Positions 52,335 through 64,000 of a stretch of 64,000 nucleotides of DNA are shown one piece after another. The notes under the pieces were generated by a model, which worked only from the letters and a program-made list of their open reading frames with translations, had not been told where the DNA came from and ran no database searches. The position numbers and the translations under genes were made by a program. Numbering within the stretch: position 1 is the stretch's first letter; every line of letters begins with the position of its first letter. Source of the DNA: Aplysia californica (Eukaryota); assembly GCF_000002075.1 (NCBI RefSeq), contig NW_004798124.1:181952-245951 (forward strand), written 5' to 3'.

Positions 52335-53296
52335 GANNNNNNNNNNNNNNNNNNNNNNNNNNNNNNNNNNNNNNNNNNNNNNNNNNNNNNNNNNNNNNNN
52401 NNNNNNNNNNNNNNNNNNNNNNNNNNNNNNNNNNNNNNNNNNNNNNNNNNNNNNNNNNNNNNNNNNNNNNNNNNNNNNNNNNNNNNNNNNNNNNNNNNNN
52501 NNNNNNNNNNNNNNNNNNNNNNNNNNNNNNNNNNNNNNNNNNNNNNNNNNNNNNNNNNNNNNNNNNNNNNNNNNNNNNNNNNNNNNNNNNNNNNNNNNNN
52601 NNNNNNNNNNNNNNNNNNNNNNNNNNNNNNNNNNNNNNNNNNNNNNNNNNNNNNNNNNNNNNNNNNNNNNNNNNNNNNNNNNNNNNNNNNNNNNNNNNNN
52701 NNNNNNNNNNNNNNNNNNNNNNNNNNNNNNNNNNNNNNNNNNNNNNNNNNNNNNNNNNNNNNNNNNNNNNNNNNNNNNNNNNNNNNNNNNNNNNNNNNNN
52801 NNNNNNNNNNNNNNNNNNNNNNNNNNNNNNNNNNNNNNNNNNNNNNNNNNNNNNNNNNNNNNNNNNNNNNNNNNNNNNNNNNNNNNNNNNNNNNNNNNNN
52901 NNNNNNNNNNNNNNNNNNNNNNNNNNNNNNNNNNNNNNNNNNNNNNNNNNNNNNNNNNNNNNNNNNNNNNNNNNNNNNNNNNNNNNNNNNNNNNNNNNNN
53001 NNNNNNNNNNNNNNNNNNNNNNNNNNNNNNNNNNNNNNNNNNNNNNNNNNNNNNNNNNNNNNNNNNNNNNNNNNNNNNNNNNNNNNNNNNNNNNNNNNNN
53101 NNNNNNNNNNNNNNNNNNNNNNNNNNNNNNNNNNNNNNNNNNNNNNNNNNNNNNNNNNNNNNNNNNNNNNNNNNNNNNNNNNNNNNNNNNNNNNNNNNNN
53201 NNNNNNNNNNNNNNNNNNNNNNNNNNNNNNNNNNNNNNNNNNNNNNNNNNNNNNNNNNNNNNNNNNNNNNNNNNNNNNNNNNNNNNNNNNNNNNNN

Positions 53297-53343
<47 letters not shown>

Positions 53344-54315
53344 ATATATATTGTTTAATATCCATTGTATAAATGTTGAGTGCTCGCTGGCATACCTGAG
53401 AGTTCGTGTGAATGCTTTAATGTTTTCCCTTACCACATGTCACTTGCATAATAGAGGAGCATCTTAAGAGCTCAACGTACAGAATTGAGCAAAATTCCCT
53501 CTCTTTTCCCTTTCTCAGCCCCCCTTTCCTTCCCCTCGGTTCCCGAAAAAAGAAAATCCAAAAGAAAAAGAAAAACAGAGTGAACTTTAACATTTCCGAA
53601 GCATTTTAGCAAAGATAATCGGATGGGATTTGCGCGATGAATAGGCAATTCTGTCAGCCCATTGTGTGTCTAAAGAAGAAGATATGTGTTTGTTCCTCAC
53701 TCTTAAATTCGCCCTGTCTTGATGTCAAAGCCGGTCATCCATTGCCGGGACGTGCACTTGAAGAGCCCTGCGTGTTATGGTGACCCTTATCTTCAAAATC
53801 CATTTTATGTGCACACTTGTTCCATTTTTTAAAATCCTGTAAAAGCGAAGAATATCGTATGAGATGTTCCCACTGAAAGGAAAAAAGTAGTACGATCCAC
53901 TTTCTCTGTGTCAAACAGACTGAAAAAGTTATGTCATGCATGCTGCTGTTTTCAGGATTAAAAATGTCTATTGTTTACTTTTTTTTCCTTAAGAATAATA
54001 CTAATCGTATAAAATACTTTGCACAAGTATTAAAAGGTTATTGGCTACTTCAATACTCTTGAAATGTTCTACCCTAACAGTATTAACATTTTACTCAGTA
54101 ATTGTATTAAAATATAATACAGTAGTTGTATTACAATGTTATAATGTAATGGTATTACAATGCCATTTTGTACCAGTGTACCAGTATTACAACTCCGACA
54201 GGAACAGCGACAAAAAGCAGATGTGATGAGTTATACACTCTCCATCAAAGAACTCGCATTTAATTCTTGCTAATTGTTGCCTAGTATTTCTTATTACTTG
54301 CAGTCTGCACTTGAT

Positions 54316-54545
54316 AAAAAAGGTTTAACGTCCACTTAAACACTGTGAGCTATTTAAGAGCCGAGATTTCCGAATTTACCGTCCATCTCCGATAGAATCG
54401 AGCATTATGGGTGGAGAACAGAGCGTTAAAACTCCCTAAAAAACCCAGAGAATCCAAGTTCAGAACGCCCTACTGACGATTCGAACCAGTACCATTCGCT
54501 CAGTATAGTAGTACAGTGTGATACCAACTGAGCTAACAGTGTGTC
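54316..54545 (-). mobile_element. tRNA-derived SINE family S3
   Basis: Minus strand has TAGCTCAGTTGG (A box), GGTTCGAATC (B box) and a 3' end GTGGACGTTAAACC followed by a T-run. Confidence 0.6.
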
Positions 54546-54581
54546 CGTAAGTGACTTGAATTTTGTTTAATAAATTTTAAA

Positions 54582-54895
54582 GTGTTGGTGGTCTAGTAAG
54601 TAGTTAAGCTACCCAACTCCTAACCGTGAGGTTGCAAGTTCGAGGTTCGAGCCTTACATAAATTTCCCTCACTTCATGAGGATGTGAATGGGTACCCGGC
54701 CATAAACAGAGAAAAATCTTGGAAGTACTGTGTAGTGTTTAGCGTCTATAAAATGGTAGCTTGCGCTGTATGCTTCCGAGGAAGTTGAGATTGTTTCAGA
54801 AAGCTATGAGATCTGCTGCAGTAAAAAAAAATCGATTTAAAAGCTCACAGAACGTGTTGCTGAGCGGAAATTTGTGCTTCACAAATACTACTTAT
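54582..54895 (+). mobile_element. SINE S2
   Basis: Homologous to 48153-48510. Confidence 0.65.
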
Positions 54896-55235
54896 TATTA
54901 CTAGAAGTAGTAGTAGTAGTAGTAATTATAGTAGTAGTAATAGTAGTAATATTCTCAATGTCGAAATACTTCATTTCCAGTTTACGATTTCAACCGTTCA
55001 CACAGCGCACACGCACTGGAAACAGGATGAAGTGTGTACCTTGTGTACTTCAGAAGGCAACAGAGAGAGATTGCTTTATGTGACAAAAGGGGGATTGTCG
55101 ATATTGATTCACTTTTAAGCACTGACAAGAAAGTGTTTGTGGAGAAAGGGGTTCTGAGTGCATGTGTTTAACTATACAGGAGTAGAGAACTGTGCTGTCT
55201 TTCTTCATAAATGAATTCTTGTGTCGTATATTTGC

Positions 55236-55291
<56 letters not shown>

Positions 55292-56239
55292 TTTTGTCTG
55301 TTTGTCTGACTNNNNNNNNNNNNNNNNNNNNNNNNNNNNNNNNNNNNNNNNNNNNNNNNNNNNNNNNNNNNNNNNNNNNNNNNNNNNNNNNNNNNNNNNN
55401 NNNNNNNNNNNNNNNNNNNNNNNNNNNNNNNNNNNNNNNNNNNNNNNNNNNNNNNNNNNNNNNNNNNNNNNNNNNNNNNNNNNNNNNNNNNNNNNNNNNN
55501 NNNNNNNNNNNNNNNNNNNNNNNNNNNNNNNNNNNNNNNNNNNNNNNNNNNNNNNNNNNNNNNNNNNNNNNNNNNNNNNNNNNNNNNNNNNNNNNNNNNN
55601 NNNNNNNNNNNNNNNNNNNNNNNNNNNNNNNNNNNNNNNNNNNNNNNNNNNNNNNNNNNNNNNNNNNNNNNNNNNNNNNNNNNNNNNNNNNNNNNNNNNN
55701 NNNNNNNNNNNNNNNNNNNNNNNNNNNNNNNNNNNNNNNNNNNNNNNNNNNNNNNNNNNNNNNNNNNNNNNNNNNNNNNNNNNNNNNNNNNNNNNNNNNN
55801 NNNNNNNNNNNNNNNNNNNNNNNNNNNNNNNNNNNNNNNNNNNNNNNNNNNNNNNNNNNNNNNNNNNNNNNNNNNNNNNNNNNNNNNNNNNATAATAATT
55901 ATTATAATAATTATTATTATTATTATTGTTGTTGTTCTTCTCGGCAATGGGTGGCCGTCTTAGACAATTTCGAGTAAATCTTCGAAAACAGCACGTAGAC
56001 CTAGCTGCCTGTCAGGCAAGGGATGATTCTACTACAGTTTCAATTATTATTTTTTGGGGTAAGTGTTTTATGGCACTCCCAACTGCATAAAGTCATACGA
56101 ACACGCAAGACACGATAATTGAATTTCGTTAAAACAGAAATGGTAGAGGCTTAGCACCCCTATCAACACGATTGGGTTATTTAAGAAGCTAGTTTAACGC
56201 CCATCTCCTTCTTTTTTCATCTTGCTCTTCTTTCATTCT

Positions 56240-56910
56240 TTTTTTTTTTAGGTAAGTGTTTTACTGCGCTCGCAACTGCATAAGGTCATATGAGCGCGCG
56301 GGACACGGTTTAAACATTTTCAGTTTGTTAGGTAGCTGAGCCTACACACTTCTGTGGGCCTAGGTAGGTAGGAATTAATTTGTAATGTTTCCCAGGTGGC
56401 AGCCGAAGCCTGCTCTTATCGATTTTGGACCACCAAGGATCTTTAATGTGCCCAACTTGCATATGGTAAAAATCAAACGCACCGTGAGATGAAGATCTTA
56501 CATCTTACAGTCAGTTACTGTCTCAGCTCTAAAGAGGGCAGGAGAGGGCGACGGAGGGGGAGGGACAGGGGCAGAGATGGGGAGGGGGAGGGGGAGGAGG
56601 AACAGGGGGGGGGGGGAGGAGGAGGGGGGGGAAGAAGAAGAAGAAGAAGAAGAAGAAGAAGGAGCCAAGGAGCCCCAAGCAGTAGAAAGGCTGCAGAAAG
56701 AGTCAGAAGCCCAGAGGAGGGGGCAAAGGGGTTAAGGGGTGGGGTCAGAAAGTGGAGACGAAAGCAGACGACAGAACATTGCTAGAAAGTAGGTATGGAA
56801 GTGATAGGAGACAATTTTAGAGAATAAAATCTTCAATGGCTACTCGGATTCGAACCCGGGATCTTTGAATGAGAGGCGAACACCTTAACCTGTAGGCCAC
56901 GAGAGCCCCC
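56240..56910 (-). mobile_element. SINE S1 with an internal purine-rich expansion
   Basis: Minus-strand head GGGGCTCTCGTGGCCTACAGGTTAAGG...GGGTTCGAATCC (clear B box) and S1 body. Confidence 0.75.
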
Positions 56911-58285
56911 AAATTCAACTTTGAATTGAGTTTAATCGTGCAGAGAAACTTATAAAATTCTAGCACCTGTGGTAAAATTCAATAATGATTTTTTTTTCAA
57001 TTAGACGTGCACGACAACTAAAAGATTGCAACTAGATCTATTACTAAGAGTGTAGCGACCGACCTCAAAATTTACTCCAAACAGTAAGAGGAGAAAGAGG
57101 TTTTAATAAAGATGTTTCCAGCTTTTCAGAACAATTTTACGCTTGGATAAAATTTGTCGTGCAAAGAATCATATACAAATTTAGCTCCTTTGGTAAAACA
57201 CAAAAACGTGTTGTTTCGTCCAACTATGCATGCACAAAAACTAATAGATTATAACCAAAATTGGAAATATGACGACTGGGAGCTCAAGTTACTCTAAACA
57301 GTACTACGACAAAAAAAAGATGATACTAGCTTTTCAGAACGAAGCTATGCTTGGATCAGATTTAGACACACTCATGAGTGTTGATTGTTACAGCTAGGCA
57401 TGTAAAAAAAACTTTTAGACCACAACCAATACGGTTAGTGTAACGACCGACATCACAAGTTTCTCAAAAGAGTACTACGTATGAAAATAAAGATGTTTTT
57501 AGCTTTACAGAACTCATTTTGGCTTGGGTAGAATTTTGTCGTGCAAAAAAGCCTTTGAAAATCTAACACATGTGGTAAAACACAATATTGCATTGGTTGT
57601 TACAACTATGTATGCAGAAAAACTAATATATTATACCAGTTATTGCAAGTGTAACGATCGACTGCACATGTTACTTAAAATAGTAAAAGGACAAAGAAAT
57701 AAAGATTATTTACGGCATTTTAGAATACATTAAGGCTTGGATAGAGTTTTGTCGTGCAAAATAGTCTACAAAAGAGTAGCCCCTGTGGTAAAACAGGATA
57801 ACTTGTCGTTTGGCGCACCTGGGCATGTACAGAAACTAATAGATTAAAACAATAAAACAATTTTAATACAGAGTGGTTAACAATCGAACACACATTCATG
57901 TTACAACCAACTTAATACTATTGAATTTTACTGCAGGTTCTAGTATTTAATAGGCTTTTTTTGCACGAGTACACACTATCCAAACCTAAAAGTGTTCTGA
58001 AAAGCTGGAAGTATCTTTATTTCTCTGTCGTCCTTTTATTTTGAATAACCTATGCGGTCAGTCGTTCCACTTACTGTATTGTGATAATCTATTAATTTTT
58101 GTGGAACTAGTTTTAAAAACCCACACATTATTTTGCTTTACAGCATGTGCTAGCATTTGATAGCTTTTATTTTGCACAAGTAAAGTCTATCCAAACCAAA
58201 AACTTTCTTGAAAACCTTAAATGATTTTATTTCTTTGTCCTCCTACTATTTCGAGTAACTTATGAGGTCATCCGTTAACACTTTT

Positions 58286-59047
58286 CATCATCATCATTGC
58301 CTTTCTCACCCTGGAGCAGGATATAGGCCACGAGCAAACACTCTCAACCTTTCCTTATCCTGGACAAGTCGCTTGATGTCACTCCACGTTTTCCCACTTT
58401 TCTGTACATCTATTTCCGTGACTCTTCTCCAGGTTTCACGTGGTCTTCCCCTTGATCTTTTACCCTGTGGGTTCCAATCTAACAATTTTCTAGTTATGCA
58501 GCTGCTTGGCTTCCAATCCATCGCCAACGTCTTCTTCCCACCTCATCTCTGACTGGGTTCTGTCTCGTTCTTCTTAACACTTCCTCGTTGGAGATCCTGT
58601 CTATCCATTTGATCCTCAGCAGCTTCCTCAGACACTTGTTTAAGAAAAACCTAGATCCTCTTTATGCACGTATGGGATGCGGTCCACGTCTCACATCCAT
58701 ACAATAAGACTGACTTCGCATTTGAGTTGAAAAATTCTAAGCTTTGTTCGTAATGAGATATCCCAGGTCCCCCAAAGAAATAAATGCACTCTGTGCCTTT
58801 CCAATGCGGGACTTTATTTCAGCGCCTGTTCCTCCCTCTCTGTCATTTATACTCCCAAGATTGCAGAAAGATTCGATGTCTTCTAGTGCATTTCCTTGTA
58901 CTGAGACCTGCTCCTTTCGTAGTGCATCTATCCTTAGGACTTTCGACTTTCCGGGGTGGATCCTCAATCCAACAGACTCTGATAGGCTGTTTAAAATTGT
59001 TTTCTTTGCTTGCATCTGTTCCTGGGTGTGCGACAAAAGCGCCAAGT
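58286..59047 (-). mobile_element. 5'-truncated RTE copy (same family as 30904-34160) inserted in the satellite
   Basis: Homologous to 30904-31687, with an (ATG)n tail. Flanked by the imperfect duplication GTTAACACTTTT / GTTACAATTTT. Confidence 0.88.
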
Positions 59048-61001
59048 TACAATTTTAGTATTGGTTTAAATATCAGTATTTTAGCATGCCTAGTTGTATC
59101 AACCAACACAATATTAGGTTTTACTACACTAGCTAGCATTTAATAGGCTTCTTTGGACGAGTGCACTCTATCCAAACCTAAATGTTTTTTTAAAATCTCG
59201 AAGTATCTTTATTCCTTTATCCTCCTACTGTTTTTATTAACTTATACGGTCGGTCGTTACACTTTTAGTATTTGCTATAATCTATTCGTTCTTTGGCATG
59301 TTTAGTTTTGAAAGCCAAAGTATGATTGTTTTTTAAAATTACAGGTGCTAGCCTTAAATATGATTCTTTGCACGGCTAAATTCTATGTGTTCAGAAAAGC
59401 TGGGAACGTTTTTATTTCTTTGTGATCCTATTGTTTTGAATAACGTACGGTCCGTCTTTTAGTATTGTTTTTATCTATTAGTTTTTGTATGTGCTTGGTT
59501 GCAACAACCTACACATTATTCAGTTTCCCACTGGTGCTAGCATTTAATTGACTTCTTTGCACGAGTGTACACAGTGTCCAAAACCTAAAAGTGTTCTGAA
59601 AAGCTGGAAGTATCTTTGTTTTATGTCGTTAGATTATTTTGAGTAATATATTCTGTCGGTCCTTACACATTTAGCATTGGTTATAGTCTATCATTTTTTG
59701 TGCACCCTAGTTGTTAGAAACAAAATAGTATGGTGCTATTCCAGAGTCGTTACCAATTTATAGGTTTCTTTGAATAGCTAAATTCTATCTTAAACTGGTT
59801 GAGTTCTAAAAAGCTGAAAACATTATATTTCTTTCTCCTACTTTTTCGAGTAACTATGAGGTCGGTCTGTACACTTATACTCTTGGTTATAATCTGTTTG
59901 TTGTTTTATTTAAGTTAGTTATAATAACCAACACCTAAGTGGAGGTTTTTCAGTGAGTTAGCATTTTAGAGTGTTCTTTGCACGGCTAAACTGTATCCAA
60001 AACCTAATGCTTTTTTTAAAGCTAAAACATTTATATTTTTTTGTCCTCCAACTGTTTCTAGTAGCTTAAGCGGTCAGTCGTTACACTTTCCGTATTGGTT
60101 ATCGTCTATCAGTTTTTACGTATGCTAAGTTGTAAGAGCCAACATAGATTATTATTACTGAGTTTTACCACAGGTGCTAGCATTTAATAGGCTGCTTTGC
60201 ACGAGTACACTCTATCCAAAACCAAATGTGTTCTGAGAATCTGGAACACTCTTAATTCTTTATATTTATCTTCCTACTGTTTTCAGTAACGTACGCAGTC
60301 GGTCGTTACACTTTTAGTATCCTACTCCTCCNNNNNNNNNNNNNNNNNNNNNNNNNNNNNNNNNNNNNNNNNNNNNNNNNNNNNNNNNNNNNNNNNNNNN
60401 NNNNNNNNNNNNNNNNNNNNNNNNNNNNNNNNNNNNNNNNNNNNNNNNNNNNNNNNNNNNNNNNNNNNNNNNNNNNNNNNNNNNNNNNNNNNNNNNNNNN
60501 NNNNNNNNNNNNNNNNNNNNNNNNNNNNNNNNNNNNNNNNNNNNNNNNNNNNNNNNNNNNNNNNNNNNNNNNNNNNNNNNNNNNNNNNNNNNNNNNNNNN
60601 NNNNNNNNNNNNNNNNNNNNNNNNNNNNNNNNNNNNNNNNNNNNNNNNNNNNNNNNNNNNNNNNNNNNNNNNNNNNNNNNNNNNNNNNNNNNNNNAGTTG
60701 TAAGAACAAACATATTATTGGATTTTACCAAAGGCATTAGCATTTAGAAGACTTCTTTGCACGAGTTTATTTCTTTGTCCTCCTATTTAACAGTAACTTA
60801 GGCAGTCAGCCATTACACTTTTAGTATTGATTATAATCTTTTTAGTTTCTGAGCATGCTTAATTGTCACAACCAAAATATTTTTGAGTTTAACCACTGGT
60901 GCTAGCATTTTATAGGCTTCTTTGCGTGACAACTTTATCCAAAACTAAAAAGTGTTTTACAAATCTGAAACATTTTTTTCTTTGTCCTTGTACTCTTTTG
61001 A

Positions 61002-61461
61002 GGGACTTATTCGGTCGAAAATGCAACGACTCGAGGTGTTACAAAATGATGGAATGGGGGCAATCCTGGGGTGCACACGAGACACCTCAGCTAAAGCAAT
61101 GAGATGCCTCCTAGACTTCCCTTGTGCAGACGAGAAGCACAAACAACACTGGTTCAAGCCTTTTTACGAGTCAGCGCAGACAAGACGAACCCCGTTCATA
61201 AGAAAGCGGGACGGCAGATGACATCAAGGCTAAAGAGGGGTACAGAATGGAAGACTCAATCCACGAGCACTATCACCGAGTGCTGCCAAATGCACGACAT
61301 CCGGAGAGGCAGGGATTGGGTCGTGGTCTAGAGTGACACCGAGAAAGCCTAGTTCGTGTCGAAGATGCACTCGTAGAGTACACAACGGTGAAGGCAACTT
61401 TGGGTAAAGAATATCGCAACTGGCCACTTAGAGCTACAAACTTTGAAATTGAGACCATAAG
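61002..61461 (+). mobile_element. Internal fragment of an I-group (Ingi/Nimb-like) LINE within the satellite
   Basis: Translates as QRLEVLQNDGMGAILGCTRDTSAKAMRCLLDFP...SRLKRG, resembling the post-RT region of I-group LINEs; frameshifted. Confidence 0.55.
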
Positions 61462-64000
61462 ACTAAACTCTAAGCAAAACTAAAAGTGTTTTGAAAGTCT
61501 GAAATACTTTTTTTCTTGGTCCTATTTTTTTTCAGTAACTTTTGCAGTCGGTCGTTACAATTTTAGTATTGTTTATAAACTATTAGTTTTTGATAATGCC
61601 AAATTGTAAAAACCCACTTATTGTATAGAGTTTAACTACAAGTCGGCGTTTTTTTATTATATAGGCTTCTTTGCATGACAAAACTCTCCAACCTAAAAGT
61701 GCTTTGAAAAGCTGAAACATGTTTTTCTTTGTCCTCCTACTGTTTTGGGTAACTTATGCGATCGGCCGTTACATATTTATTAATTCATATTCTATTTTAT
61801 TGTTACCATACCAAGTTGTAAAAGCGAACATGTTGTTTTATTTTACCAGAGGTATTGTCATTTACTAAGCTTCTTTGCACGAGTACACTCTATCCAAAAT
61901 CAAATGTGTTCTGAAAAGGAGGGACATTTTTATTCCCTTGTCTTTCTGTTTTTTCAGTTACAAAGATTGGTTGGTCGTTATACTTTTAGTACTGGTTATA
62001 ATCAATTAGTTTTTGAGTAAGACTAGTTGTAACTACCAACATATTTTTGTATTTAACCACACTTACAAGCATTTTCTAGGCGTCTTTGCTATGACTAAAC
62101 TTTTTCCACACCTAAAAGTGTTTTAAATATCTGAAACTTTTTTTCCCCTGCCCTCCTAATGTTTTGAGTAACTAATGCTGTCGGTCGTTTCACTTATAGT
62201 ACTGCTTTAATTCTATTTTAGCATGCCAAGTTGTAAGAGAGAACACCTTATTGGGTTTTACCACATGTATTAGAAATCAATTATTGCACGTTAACACCTC
62301 ATCCAAGTTTACAACTGTTCTGAACAGCTAGAAACAATTTCAATTTCTTTGCCCTTCTACTATTTTAAGTAACTTATGTGATCAGCGGTTACATATTTAG
62401 TTTTGATTACATTAATTTTTTAGCATGCCAAGTTGTAAGACCGAACACAGTTTTGAGTTTCATCAAAGTTACAAGCATTTATTAGGCTTCTTAGCTCGAG
62501 TACACTCTATCCAAATCCCAATATGTTCTGAAAAGCTGAAACCTTTCTTTTTTTCTCTGTCCTCCTCATGTTTTGAGTAGCTAATGCGATTGGTTGTTTT
62601 ATTTTTAATATTGGTTATAATATATTAGTTTTTGAGCATGGAAAATTGTAGCAACCAACCCATTACTGAGTCTAACCACGTATGCTAGTATTTTACAACC
62701 TTTTTTGCACAACTAAACTCTATATAAACCTAAAAGTGTTTTGAAAGGCTGAAACATTTTTATTTCTTTATCCTCCTTTTGTTTTGTGTAACTTAGGCGG
62801 TCGATCGTTACCCTTTTAGTTTTGATTATAATACATTAATTTTTGAGCAAGCAAAGTTGTAAGAAGGAAGACATTATTTACGTTTACCACAGCTACAAGC
62901 AAGGATTTAATATCCCTCTTTGCACACGTACACTCTATCCAAAACCAAATGTGTTTTGACAAACTGGAGCATTTTTAGTTCTTTGTCCTCATACTTTTTC
63001 AGTAACGTATGCAGTCGGTCGCTACACTTTTCGTATTGGTTATAATCTACTAGTTTTTAAGCATGCTAAATTGTTTCAACGAACACATTATTGAATTTAA
63101 CAAGTGCTTGCATGATTAAACTCTATCTAAATCTAAAAGTGTTTTGAAAAACTGAAATATTTTTATTTCTTTGTCTTCTTAATGTTTTGAGTTACTTCGG
63201 CTGTCTGTCGTTACACTTTTAGTTTTGGTTATAGTCTATTACATTTTGTGTATGTCTAGTTGTAACAATGAACATATTATTGAGTATAACCACAGCCGTT
63301 AGTAATTTACCAGCTTCTTTTCATGACTAAAGTCAATATAAACCTAAACGTGTTTTGGAAAACTGAAACATTTTTGTTCCTTTATCCTCCTCTTGTTTTA
63401 AGTAACGTAAGCGGTCGGTCATTGCCCTTTCAGTTTTGGTTATAATCTAATATTAGATTGGTAAAGACCAACATATTATTGAATGTAACGTCAAGTGCTT
63501 GCATTTTATAGGCTTCTTTGCTTGACTAAACTCTATCAAAAGCTTAAAGTATTTTGAAAAGCTGAAACATTTTTATTTGTCCTCCTACTGTTTTGAGTAG
63601 CTTATGCGGTCGGTCCTTACACTTTTAGTGTTGCTTTAATTGTATTATTTTTTAAAGCATGCTAAGTTATAAGAGTGGACACATTATTGAGTTTTTCCGC
63701 ACGTATAATCATTTAATAGGCTTTATTGAACACGAACACCTTATCCAAATTTACAACTGTTCTGAATAGTTGGAATCACATTTAATTTCTTTATCATCCT
63801 ACTATTTTTAAGTACATTATGCGATCGGTCGTTGCTCTTTTAGTTTTGATTAGAATACATTAATCATTCGGCATCCCAAGTTGTAATTGCGAACACAGTA
63901 TGGAGTTTCATCACAGCTACAAGCTTTTTTTAGGCGGCACAGTCTATCCAAATCCAAATGTGTTCTGAAAATCTGGAACATTTTTATTTCTTTGTCCTCC

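Larger units (their letters stand above)
56926..64000. repeat. Diverged ~208-bp tandem satellite array (>=30 monomers), orientation switch at ~57880, runs off the window
   Basis: Recurring motifs TTTACCACAGGTGCTAGCATTTAATAGGC, TTGCACGAGTACACTCTATCCAAA, GTTCTGAAAAGCTG and GTCGGTCGTTACACTTTTAG at 190-225 bp spacing. 56926-57860 carries the reverse complement. Confidence 0.9.

Noticed and set aside
56840-56910. tRNA gene (also 48153, 49735, 54480)
   Set aside because: A/B boxes are present but there is no complete cloverleaf, and each continues into a SINE body.
56926-64000. CRISPR-like array or repeat-encoded protein
   Set aside because: Whole monomers are homologous, with no unique spacers, variable lengths and no open frame; it is a satellite.

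Overview
Eukaryotic, AT-rich, repeat-dense genomic DNA with about 20 assembly gaps, most of them abutting microsatellites. It is most likely from a gastropod mollusc, inferred from the receptor family and SINE types. The only clearly recognisable host genes are two tandem, two-exon rhodopsin-like GPCRs of the gastropod chemosensory-receptor type (384 aa each, + strand: 20972-24051 and 43942-46509). They sit in a ~6 kb segmental duplication (about 18210-24420 vs 41158-46930). Their coding exons are far more similar than their introns and flanks, which suggests gene conversion. Between the copies lies a ~16.6 kb unrelated block with a B-C-A-B layout (24531-29361 repeats 35508-40910). It holds an intronless 217-aa orphan ORF, a near-full-length decayed RTE LINE with a strongly structured 5' leader, and an internally deleted Academ-type DNA transposon. 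The rest of the window is MITEs (at least four families), tRNA-derived SINEs (three families), a mariner remnant, a small Helitron with a visible empty site, and LINE fragments. From ~56.9 kb to the end there is a diverged ~208-bp satellite array with an orientation switch and signs of higher-order repeats. No rRNA, true tRNA or CRISPR array was seen. Repeat coordinates are approximate and all alignments were done by eye.
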